From an uncultured Actinomycetes bacterium (lineage in GTDB: Bacteria > Actinomycetota > Thermoleophilia > UBA2241): a stretch of DNA of 64,000 nt. The translations under genes were made by a program, and so were the position numbers. The DNA is taken from assembly GCA_963725665.1 (NCBI GenBank), contig CAVRZA010000001.1, forward strand, positions 384,001 to 448,000, given 5' to 3'. The notes beneath the pieces were generated by a model. That model was not told the origin of the DNA. It worked only from the letters and a program-made list of their open reading frames with translations, and made no database searches. Below, one piece after another: positions 44,823 through 53,076 of the stretch. Each line of letters opens with the position of its first letter. Positions within the stretch are counted from its first letter, which is position 1.

Positions 44823-45602
44823 TCACGCCGGCCCGCGCGCGAGGCCGTCCTCGGTCTCGCCGAGCCGCTCCTTGGGTTGTACGAACTTCGCTATCACCAC
44901 GGAGATCTCGTAGAGGATCAGCAGCGGAAGGAACATGGCGATCATCGAGAACGCGTCCTGGCTCGGCGTGGCCACCGCGGCGACGATCGCCATGACTAGG
45001 ATCGCGTACTTGCGGTTGCGTCGCAGCCACTTGGCGTCGACGATGCCGAGGCGTGCGGCGAGCACGATGACGACGGGCAGCTCGAACACGAGGCCGAACG
45101 CCAGCAAGAAGGTGGCCGAGAAGGTGAAGTAGTCGGTGGCCCTGTTCTGCACGTTGAAGTAGGAGTCGTTGAACGACAGAAGCCAGGATAGGCCTCTCGG
45201 GAGCACGAAGAGGTACCCGAAGACGACCCCGAAGAGGAAGAGGCCGGTGCAGGCTGCCGCGACGGGGTAGAGGTACTTCTTCTCCGACGGCGCGAACGCC
45301 GGGCCGACGAAGGCCCAGAACTCGTAGATGATCACGGGCGAAGCCATGATGATGCCCATGTAGACCCACACCTTGAGGCTGACCATGAAGGGCTCGGCCG
45401 GGCTGAAGGTCGTGATCTTGCGCGCCGACTCGGGCACGTTGACCTGATCGAGCGGCGCCAGCAGCAGGTGGAAGACGAGCTTGTTGAACACGGCGGCGAG
45501 GGTCACTCCTACCAGAAGCGACGCGCCGCTGATAATGATGCGAGTACGTAGCTCATCGAGGTGCTCGATGAGCGTCATGCGCTCGTCGTGACCGGCTACC
45601 AC
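44823..45602 (-). CDS. tatC: Twin-arginine translocase subunit TatC
   Basis: MTLIEHLDELRTR, FELP, TPSQD, LYE. Confidence 0.93.
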   Translation of the reverse strand: MVAGHDERMTLIEHLDELRTRIIISGASLLVGVTLAAVFNKLVFHLLLAPLDQVNVPESARKITTFSPAEPFMVSLKVWVYMGIIMASPVIIYEFWAFVGPAFAPSEKKYLYPVAAACTGLFLFGVVFGYLFVLPRGLSWLLSFNDSYFNVQNRATDYFTFSATFLLAFGLVFELPVVIVLAARLGIVDAKWLRRNRKYAILVMAIVAAVATPSQDAFSMIAMFLPLLILYEISVVIAKFVQPKERLGETEDGLARGPA

Positions 45603-45663
45603 GGGTGACTACCTCGCGACCAAGCGTGAGTACCTAAAGCACGGTTCTGGCGACCGCCGCGCG

Positions 45664-46121
45664 TCAGCCGGCGACCGTCTGTGCCGGGTGGTCCGCCTCT
45701 TCGCTCACGACCTCGCCCTCGACCACCTCGGGCGCATCGGCGTCGGCCGCCTCCGGCCCCGGCGCCTGCGCATCGGCGTCGACCGCCTCCGGCCCCGGTG
45801 CGCGCATCGGCGTCGACTGCCTCCGGGGTCGGTACCTGCGCATCCGCGTCGACTGCCGCCACGGGTCGTCTCCGCGACGGTCGTCTCCGCCACGGGGACC
45901 GTCGCGGCCGCGGGCCGGACGTCGCCCCCGGTCTCTTTGTCCTTGTCGTCCTTGTCCTCGAGCGAGAGATCGAAGTGGTCCTGGATCTCGCTTGTCGCCT
46001 TCCGGAACTCGCGCAGTCCCTTGCCGAGCTGGCGTCCCATGTCGGGGAGGCGCTTCGGGCCGAAGATGACCAGAGCGATCACGAGGACGATGAGGAGTTC
46101 TGGCCAACCGATGCTGGGCAT
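45664..46121 (-). CDS. tatA: TatA/E subunit with repetitive acidic tail carrying two apparent frameshifts
   Basis: [34 protein letters not shown]; the tail repeats continue in other frames to the stop at 45664 (as sequenced, the frame stops at 45705). Confidence 0.88.
45733..45860. repeat. About 3.6 copies of a 36-bp tandem repeat in the tatA tail ([12 protein letters not shown])
   Basis: CGCATCGGCGTCGACCGCCTCCGGCCCCGG units; one unit is 34 nt. Confidence 0.85.
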
Positions 46122-46335
46122 CTACCTACGCTCCTTGCCTCTTGGACGGTCAGACTATAGTAGGCGCGTGAACGGCCGGGCGCAACGACGCCGCCCGTGT
46201 ACGCCCAGCCTCCCGTCCGCTACCTGCGACGTCCTGTCCTGAGTGTCGTACTGCACCCCTCTGCACCGTCCGAGCTTCAGAGGAAATGCCTGCTTAGGGC
46301 GGCGACTGGGGAGATTGCAGGGGGCTCCGCCAGGC

Positions 46336-46475
46336 TTGCCGACGATCGACCGCCTCTGCTATAGTCCCGCTGCGCTTCGTGTTCCGCGGCACCGGCGCAA
46401 TCCTTCTTCTGTACGATGCCGACGTCCAGTTCGGGAGCCTGGTCTCATTGCGCGATGCCGCTCGATAGGTAGAAT
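46336..46475 (+). promoter_or_regulatory. Candidate promoters of the nuo operon
   Basis: TTGCCG-N18-TATAGT with extended TG (46336-46365), and TTGCGC...TAGAAT (46448-46475). Confidence 0.45.
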
Positions 46476-46490
46476 GCGCGACACCGTCTT

Positions 46491-46859
46491 ATGACCACTG
46501 CATACCTCACCAGTTGGCTGTACGTGGCAGCCTTCATGCTGTCGGGCGTCGTCATGGTCGTGGCCATACTCGCCATCTCGGCCATCGTCAATCCGAGCCA
46601 CCCGTCGGCGGTGAAGTACGCCACCTACGAGTGCGGCATCGAGCCCGTCGGCACGCCGTGGTCGCCGTTCGCCGTGCGCTACTACATCTTCGCCCTGCTG
46701 TTCCTGGTCTTCGACGTCGAGGCCGTGTTCCTGTTTCCCTGGACCCTGGTCTTCCGCGAGCTGGGGACGGCCGGCTTCGTCGAGGTCGTCTTCTTCATCC
46801 TCGTGCTCGTCGTCGGGCTGGTCTACGCCTGGCGGAAGGGGGTCCTGGAGTGGGTTTGA
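46491..46859 (+). CDS. nuoA: NADH-quinone oxidoreductase subunit A
   Basis: [21 protein letters not shown]. Confidence 0.95.
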   Translation: MTTAYLTSWLYVAAFMLSGVVMVVAILAISAIVNPSHPSAVKYATYECGIEPVGTPWSPFAVRYYIFALLFLVFDVEAVFLFPWTLVFRELGTAGFVEVVFFILVLVVGLVYAWRKGVLEWV

Positions 46860-47413
46860 AGGACGGCCGCCGCTACCCCAAGCTCGAGGACTTCCAGCAC
46901 CCGAACATCATCGTCACCACCGCCGACCTGGTCTTCAACTGGGCACGTTCGCGGTCGATCTTCCCGTTCACATATGGACTCGCCTGTTGCGCCATCGAGA
47001 TGCTCTCGTCGGGTTTCGCGCGCTTCGACATCGCGCGCTTCGGCTGGGAGGTGTTCCGGCCGACGCCCCGGCAGTGCGACCTCATGATCGTGGCCGGCAC
47101 GGTCAACGAGAAGATGGCGCCTGTCCTGAAGCGCCTCTACGACCAGATGGCGGAACCCAAGTGGGTCATCTCGATGGGTGCCTGCGCCACCAGCGGGGGT
47201 CCCTTCTACGACGGCTACAACGTCGTCAACGGGGTCGACAAGATCGTCCCCGTCGACGTGTACATCCCTGGCTGCCCGCCGCGCCCTGAGGCGCTCTTCC
47301 AGGGCATGCTCGAGCTACAGAAGAAGATAAAGACGATGAGCTTCGTGAACGCGGACGGCGCGACTCCTGATGGCGCGGACGCGGCCGACGAGAGCGCGCG
47401 GAGCGCGACGTAG
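46850..47413 (+). CDS. nuoB: NADH-quinone oxidoreductase subunit B
   Basis: [26 protein letters not shown]. Confidence 0.95.
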   Translation: MGLKDGRRYPKLEDFQHPNIIVTTADLVFNWARSRSIFPFTYGLACCAIEMLSSGFARFDIARFGWEVFRPTPRQCDLMIVAGTVNEKMAPVLKRLYDQMAEPKWVISMGACATSGGPFYDGYNVVNGVDKIVPVDVYIPGCPPRPEALFQGMLELQKKIKTMSFVNADGATPDGADAADESARSAT

Positions 47414-47422
47414 GGCGGCCGC

Positions 47423-47917
47423 GTGGGTCTTGAGATCGGCATCGTGCGGGCGTCCATGGACGAGATCGGGGAGCGTCTGACGGCGGCGTTCGGCGACGAG
47501 CTGAGCGATCTGCGCGTGCAGGAGCCCGACACGCTGGTCTGCCGCGTCGCCCGCGAGCACCTGCACGACGTCGCGCAGCGCCTGAAGGACCTGCCGGAGC
47601 TCGGCTACCCGACGTGCAACTGGGTCGCCGGCGTCGACTTCACGACGCACCTCGAGAGCGTCTACCACCTCTACTCCTGGAGCACCAACAGCTACCTCGA
47701 GATACACGTGGAGATCCCGCGCGACGACGCGCTGTGCGACAGCGTCTGCGACCTCTTCCCAGCGGCTGACTGGCACGAACGAGAGGCGTGGGACATGGTC
47801 GGCATTCGCTACGCGGGGCACCCCGACCTGCGCCGCATCCTGCTCAGGGACGACTTCATCGGTCATCCCTTGCGCAAGGACTACGTCGACCTGATCGAGA
47901 ACCATCCGCATGCCTGA
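47423..47917 (+). CDS. nuoC: NADH-quinone oxidoreductase subunit C
   Basis: WHEREAWDMVG, GHPDLRRIL, GHPLRKDY. Confidence 0.95.
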   Translation: MGLEIGIVRASMDEIGERLTAAFGDELSDLRVQEPDTLVCRVAREHLHDVAQRLKDLPELGYPTCNWVAGVDFTTHLESVYHLYSWSTNSYLEIHVEIPRDDALCDSVCDLFPAADWHEREAWDMVGIRYAGHPDLRRILLRDDFIGHPLRKDYVDLIENHPHA

Positions 47918-49130
47918 GCCGATCGTCGAGTCATCCATCTTCAGCGAGGCTCCCGACGAGGCCATCAGGCTCGCCATCAGGCGGGTCATGAACGAGCAGT
48001 CGGTCAGCGACCTCGAAGGCCTCGAGCTCGACACCGTCATCGTCAACATGGGGCCGCAGCACCCCTCGACGCACGGGGTGCTGCGTCTCGTGGTCACGCT
48101 TGACGGCGAGCTGATCCGCGACGTCATCCCCGTCATCGGTTACCTGCACCGCTGCAAGGAGAAGCTGGCCGAGAAGCGCACCTACTACCAGTACATCCCC
48201 ATCATCGACCGCACCGAGTACCTCGCCAGCATGAACTGCGAGTGGGGCTACGTGATGACCGTCGAGAAGCTGGCCGGCATCCGACCGACGCGGCGGGCGG
48301 AGTTCGTGCGCGTCATCGTCGGCGAGCTGATGCGCATCGCCAGCCATCAGGTCGCCGTCGGCACCTTCGTCGCCGACCTCTCGCCACTGGGCACGGCGAT
48401 GGTCTTCTACACCTTCCGCGACCGCGAGAGGATCCTCGACCTGCTTGAGGCCGTCAGCGGGGCGCGCATGATGTTCAACTACTTCCGCTTCGGGGGCGTG
48501 CGCTTCGACCTGCCCGACGGCTGGGTCGAGAAGTGCCGCGAGGTGCTCGCCGACCTGCCCCGGCACATCGACGAGTACGAGAACCTCGTGAACGACAACG
48601 CCATCTTCCTGCAGCGCTGCATCGGCAAGGGCGTGATCACCCAGCAGGACGTCGTCGACTACGCCATCACGGGCCCCAACGCGCGCGCCTCGGGCGTCGC
48701 CACCGACCTGCGCCGCACGCGGCCCTACTCGGTCTACCCGGAGCTCGACTTCGACGTCTGCTTGGGCGAGCACGGCGACGTCTACGACCGGTACAAGGTG
48801 CGCATCGATGAGATGCGCCAGTCGGTGAAGATAGTCTCTCAGTGTCTCGACATGCTGCCCAAGGGGCCGGTCCAGCTCGGCACCCTGAGGGCGCCCTACA
48901 CGCTGACGCCGCCTCCGGGCTCGGCCTACGTGGGGCAGGAGAACCCGCGCGGTGAGTACGGCACCTACATCGTCAGCGACGGCTCGCGCTACCCCTACCG
49001 TCTCAAGTTCCGCGACCCGTGCTTCATCAATCTGCAGATCTTCCCCAAGGTGCTGCGCGGCGTGAAGATCGCCGACGCCATCGCCATCTCGGGCAGCTTC
49101 GACATGGTGCTGGGAGGGATCGACCGCTAG
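47910..49130 (+). CDS. nuoD: NADH-quinone oxidoreductase subunit D
   Basis: NMGPQHPSTHGVLR, GYLHR, DRTEY, ENPRGE, C-terminal IDR; no NiFe CxxC motifs. Confidence 0.95.
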   Translation: MPEPIVESSIFSEAPDEAIRLAIRRVMNEQSVSDLEGLELDTVIVNMGPQHPSTHGVLRLVVTLDGELIRDVIPVIGYLHRCKEKLAEKRTYYQYIPIIDRTEYLASMNCEWGYVMTVEKLAGIRPTRRAEFVRVIVGELMRIASHQVAVGTFVADLSPLGTAMVFYTFRDRERILDLLEAVSGARMMFNYFRFGGVRFDLPDGWVEKCREVLADLPRHIDEYENLVNDNAIFLQRCIGKGVITQQDVVDYAITGPNARASGVATDLRRTRPYSVYPELDFDVCLGEHGDVYDRYKVRIDEMRQSVKIVSQCLDMLPKGPVQLGTLRAPYTLTPPPGSAYVGQENPRGEYGTYIVSDGSRYPYRLKFRDPCFINLQIFPKVLRGVKIADAIAISGSFDMVLGGIDR

Positions 49131-50410
49131 TGGACCCCGCTCCCCGCAACCGGTTCCGCTATTGGCAATGGCTCCTGTTGGTCGCGCTCCTGGCCCTGGC
49201 GCTGGCCTGCCTTCTTCTCTACGCGATCGTGAAAGCGCCGCCGGGAGGCATCTGGAGCGCTATCGAGCCGTTCGTGCGCGCCGGCGTGGCGATCCTGATC
49301 GCGTACGCCGTCGTCTTCGTCGCGGCGCTCGTCAATATCCTCTTCGAGCGCCGCACGCTCGCCTTCATGCAGGACCGCCTGGGGCCCAACCGCACGGGGC
49401 CGCAGGGCGTCTTCCAGAGCATCGCCGACGCCCTCAAGATGATGGGCAAGGAGGACTTCTCGCCGGCGAAGGCCGACAAGATCCTCTTCACGCTGGCGCC
49501 GCTAATGGTGATGATCGGCGCCGTCTCCGTGCAGCTCGTGATCCCCTACACCAAGGGCTGGACGGGTCAGGACCTCAACGTCGGCCTCATCTACCTCGTC
49601 GCGATCACGAGCTTCACCGTGCTCTCGATCCTCGTCGGCGGCTGGGCCTCGCACAACAAGTACTCGCTCGTCGGGGCGCTGCGCGCCGGCGCGCAGATGG
49701 TCTCGTACGAGATCCCCATGATCCTCGCGCTGCTCGCCGTGGGCGCCATCGTCGGGTCCTGGAGCCTCAACGCCGTCGTGGCGTGGCAGGAGCACTACCA
49801 TTGGCTGATCTTCTACGCGCCGTTCACCTTCCTCCTCTTCTACATCGCCTCGATCGCCGAGCTGAACCGCGGCCCGTTCGACCTGCCCGAAGGCGAGTCC
49901 GAGCTGGTCGCCGGCTACAGCACCGAGTACGCCGCCATGCGCTTCGGCATGTTCTACCTCAACGAGTACGCGGGCATGACCATCATGTCGATGATCGTCG
50001 TCACGCTGTTCTTCGGCGGCTGGGAAGGCCCCTTCGCCGACGCTCTTACGATCGGCGGCGTCGCTGTCGTGCCGCTGCTCTGGTTCCTTCTCAAGACCTA
50101 CATCCTCGTGTTCGCCCTCGTGTGGGTGCGGCTCTCGCTCCCCCGCCTGCAGGTCGACCAGCTCATGAGCTTCGCCTGGAAGATCCTCATCCCCCTCGGC
50201 CTCGCCAACATCGGCGTGGTGGCGGCGATCATCCTCTGGGCGCCGCAGTGGAAGCTCTCCCTGGCCGCATACGGCTGGGTGGCGCTGCTGCTGTTCGTCG
50301 GTCTGTTCGACCCGGTCTTGCGCTGGCGGCTGCGCCGCCAGCGCGAACGGCAGCCCAAGGTGACCGAGGGCGCCGTCGGCATCGCATCGAGCGCGGCGGT
50401 GGGTGAGTAA
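49130..50410 (+). CDS. nuoH: NADH-quinone oxidoreductase subunit H
   Basis: ERR..MQDRLGPNR, AQMVSYE, AELNRGPFDLPEGESELVAGY, LPRLQVDQLM. Confidence 0.95.
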   Translation: MDPAPRNRFRYWQWLLLVALLALALACLLLYAIVKAPPGGIWSAIEPFVRAGVAILIAYAVVFVAALVNILFERRTLAFMQDRLGPNRTGPQGVFQSIADALKMMGKEDFSPAKADKILFTLAPLMVMIGAVSVQLVIPYTKGWTGQDLNVGLIYLVAITSFTVLSILVGGWASHNKYSLVGALRAGAQMVSYEIPMILALLAVGAIVGSWSLNAVVAWQEHYHWLIFYAPFTFLLFYIASIAELNRGPFDLPEGESELVAGYSTEYAAMRFGMFYLNEYAGMTIMSMIVVTLFFGGWEGPFADALTIGGVAVVPLLWFLLKTYILVFALVWVRLSLPRLQVDQLMSFAWKILIPLGLANIGVVAAIILWAPQWKLSLAAYGWVALLLFVGLFDPVLRWRLRRQRERQPKVTEGAVGIASSAAVGE

Positions 50411-51168
50411 TGCTCGGCATGCTCAAGGCTATGCGCCAGACGATCGGCCATCTCGGGCAGAAGAAGATCACCGTGCAGTACCCCGACGAGCGCGAGCAGC
50501 TCGCCGAACGCAGCCGCGGTCTGTTCCGCGTAGTGGTCGACCCGACGAGCGACGACGCCCGCTGCCGGTCCTGCACCCTCTGCGAGACGAACTGCCCCGT
50601 GCAGGTCATCCGCGTCAACTACACCTCCAAGTACAAGCTGCCGCTGCCGAACCAGGCGCGCATCACCGAGCGCCGTCTCGACTCACAGCCCCAGGTCGAC
50701 CTCACACGACTCGATCCCATCGTCGAGGGCTACTTCGCCAGCGGCACTGGCATGATTGGGGTCTTGCAGCACACACAGGAGGAGTACGGGTACCTACCGC
50801 GCGCGGCGCTGCACGCGATAGCGCAACGCACCGGCACCTCGCTTGCGCAGATCTACGGCGTGGCGAGCTTCTACAACCAGTTCCGGCTGAGCCCGGTGGG
50901 CAAGTACTTGATCACCGTCTGCCAGGGCACCGCCTGCCATGTCGCCGGGGCGCCGTTGGTGACGGCCGCCTTCTCGGAAGAGCTCGACATCGCGCTGGAC
51001 GGCACCACCAAGGACCGCCTCTTCACCCTGCAGGCGGTCAACTGCGTGGGCGCCTGCGCCCTCGCGCCCGTCGTGAGGGTCGGCGATGACGATACCTACG
51101 GACGTATGACGCCCGACCTCGCGCGCAAGCTCGTGCGCGACCTGCGCGCGCAAGAGGGGCTCGAATGA
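50410..51168 (+). CDS. nuoI-N/nuoE: Fusion protein: N-terminal half of NuoI + NuoE/HydC [2Fe-2S] subunit
   Basis: ITVQYPDERE..RSRG and a single CRSCTLCETNCP motif (NuoI); then LQHTQEEYGYLP, VASFY, CQGTAC, CVGAC (NuoE). Confidence 0.9.
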   Translation: MLGMLKAMRQTIGHLGQKKITVQYPDEREQLAERSRGLFRVVVDPTSDDARCRSCTLCETNCPVQVIRVNYTSKYKLPLPNQARITERRLDSQPQVDLTRLDPIVEGYFASGTGMIGVLQHTQEEYGYLPRAALHAIAQRTGTSLAQIYGVASFYNQFRLSPVGKYLITVCQGTACHVAGAPLVTAAFSEELDIALDGTTKDRLFTLQAVNCVGACALAPVVRVGDDDTYGRMTPDLARKLVRDLRAQEGLE

Positions 51169-53072
51169 GCACGACGAGCGTGCGCGAGAAGCAGATCGGC
51201 GCCGCCCTGGAGCGCGCCTTCCACCCCGACGAGGTCGTGATCCGCGACGACCGGCGCGAGGTGCGGCTCTGCGCCGGCACGGCCTGTCACGCCTCGGGTC
51301 GCGTGGCCGTGCGCGAAACGTTCAAGGAGGAGCTCGCCGCGCACGGCTTGGGCGACGTCGCGGTAGTCGAGACGGGCTGCCACGGCTTCTGCGACCAGGG
51401 GCCGATCGTCGTCCTCCAGCCGCAGGGCATCTTCTACCCGCGCGTGAAGGCCAACCAGGTGGCCAAGATCGTCGAGGCGAGCATCGCCGGCGACGGCGTC
51501 GTCGACAGGCTCCTCTACAAGGACCCGACCACCGACGAGCCGATCCCCTTCGAGAAGGACATCCCCTTCTACTCACGACAGAAGCGTCTCGTCCTTGCCA
51601 TGAACGGCAAGGTGAACCCCTACTCCATCGACGACTACCTCGCGCGCGGCGGCTACCGCGCCCTGGCCAAGGTGCTCGCCGACGATGAGCCCGACGACGT
51701 CATCGAGCTCGTCGAGGACTCGGGTCTGCGCGGGCGCGGCGGCGCCGGCTTCTCGACGGGCACCAAGTGGCGCCTGGCGCGCCAGGCGCCGGGCGCGCTC
51801 AAGTACGTCATCTGCAACGCCGACGAGGGCGACCCCGGCGCCTTCATGGACCGCTCGGTCTTGGAGGGCAACCCGCACTCGGTGGTCGAGGGCATGCTGA
51901 TCGCCGCCTTCGCCATCGGCGCGACGGAGGGTTACGTCTACGTGCGCGCCGAGTACCCCTTCGCCGTCGAGCGCCTGGAACGGGCGCTCGTCCAGGCGCG
52001 CGAGCGCGGTCTCCTCGGCGACGACATCCTCGGCTCCGGGTTCGCCTTCGACGTGCACATCAGCCAGGGCGCCGGCGCCTTCGTCTGCGGCGAGGAGACC
52101 GCGCTCATGGCCTCCATCGAAGGCCGCCGCGGCATGCCGCGCACGAGGCCGCCCTACCCGGCCATCGAGGGTCTCTGGGGCAAGCCGACCAACATCAACA
52201 ACGTCGAGACCTACGCCAACGTGCCCTGGATCGTCAACAACGGCGCCGACGCCTACGCGGCCATGGGCACGGGCACCGCCAAGGGCACCAAGATCTTCTC
52301 GCTCACCGGCAAGATCAAGAACGGCGGCCTCGTCGAGGTGCCCATGGGTGCCACGCTGCGCGAGGTGATCTTCGGCGTCGGCGGCGGTATGCTGCCGGGC
52401 CGCGAGTTCAAGGCGGTGCAGCTCGGCGGGCCCTCGGGCGGCTGCCTGCCCTCCTCGCACCTCGACACGCCCATCGACTACGAGACGATGACCGCCTCCG
52501 GCGCCATCGTCGGCTCCGGCGGCATGGTCATCGTCGACGACACGACCTGCATGGTCGACCTGGCGCGCTACTTCCTGCAGTTCTCCCAGGACGAGAGCTG
52601 CGGCAAGTGCGTCCCCTGCCGCCTTGGCACCAAACGTATGCTCGAGGTCCTCGAGCGCATCTGCGCGGGGGAGGGGCGCGAGGACGATATCGAGCTGCTC
52701 GATGAGCTCGCGCACTACATCGTCGACGGCACGCTCTGCGCGCTCGGCGGCACGGCACCCAACCCCGTGCTCACGACGCTGCGCTACTTCCGCGACGAAT
52801 ACGAGGCGCACATCTTCAACAAGGAGTGCCCGGCTGGTGGCTGCAAGGCGCTCATCACCTACTACATCGACGCGGATGCCTGCACCGGCTGCACCCTGTG
52901 CGCCAAGAAGTGCCCCACCGAATGCATCTCCGGTGAGAAGAAGCTGACGCACGTCATCGACACGAGCCTCTGCATCAAATGCGACACGTGCCGTCAGGTC
53001 TGCAACTTCGGCGCCGTGAAGGTCTACTCGGGCAAGGACGCGCAGATGCCGAGCCTGGCGAAGGAAGCGTAG
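51165..53072 (+). CDS. nuoF: NuoF/HydB (BfuB-type) NADH-binding flavin subunit, 635 aa
   Basis: N-terminal CAGTAC..CHGFC [2Fe-2S], GLRGRGGAGF, NADEGDPGAFMDR, CGEETAL, SCGKCVPC, HI..CPAGGC, C-terminal 2x[4Fe-4S]. Confidence 0.93.
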   Translation: MSTTSVREKQIGAALERAFHPDEVVIRDDRREVRLCAGTACHASGRVAVRETFKEELAAHGLGDVAVVETGCHGFCDQGPIVVLQPQGIFYPRVKANQVAKIVEASIAGDGVVDRLLYKDPTTDEPIPFEKDIPFYSRQKRLVLAMNGKVNPYSIDDYLARGGYRALAKVLADDEPDDVIELVEDSGLRGRGGAGFSTGTKWRLARQAPGALKYVICNADEGDPGAFMDRSVLEGNPHSVVEGMLIAAFAIGATEGYVYVRAEYPFAVERLERALVQARERGLLGDDILGSGFAFDVHISQGAGAFVCGEETALMASIEGRRGMPRTRPPYPAIEGLWGKPTNINNVETYANVPWIVNNGADAYAAMGTGTAKGTKIFSLTGKIKNGGLVEVPMGATLREVIFGVGGGMLPGREFKAVQLGGPSGGCLPSSHLDTPIDYETMTASGAIVGSGGMVIVDDTTCMVDLARYFLQFSQDESCGKCVPCRLGTKRMLEVLERICAGEGREDDIELLDELAHYIVDGTLCALGGTAPNPVLTTLRYFRDEYEAHIFNKECPAGGCKALITYYIDADACTGCTLCAKKCPTECISGEKKLTHVIDTSLCIKCDTCRQVCNFGAVKVYSGKDAQMPSLAKEA

Positions 53073-53076
53073 GCTC

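Noticed and set aside
47910-49130. NuoD as a group 4 [NiFe]-hydrogenase large subunit
   Set aside because: No N- or C-terminal CxxC motifs, and the quinone-site residues are present.
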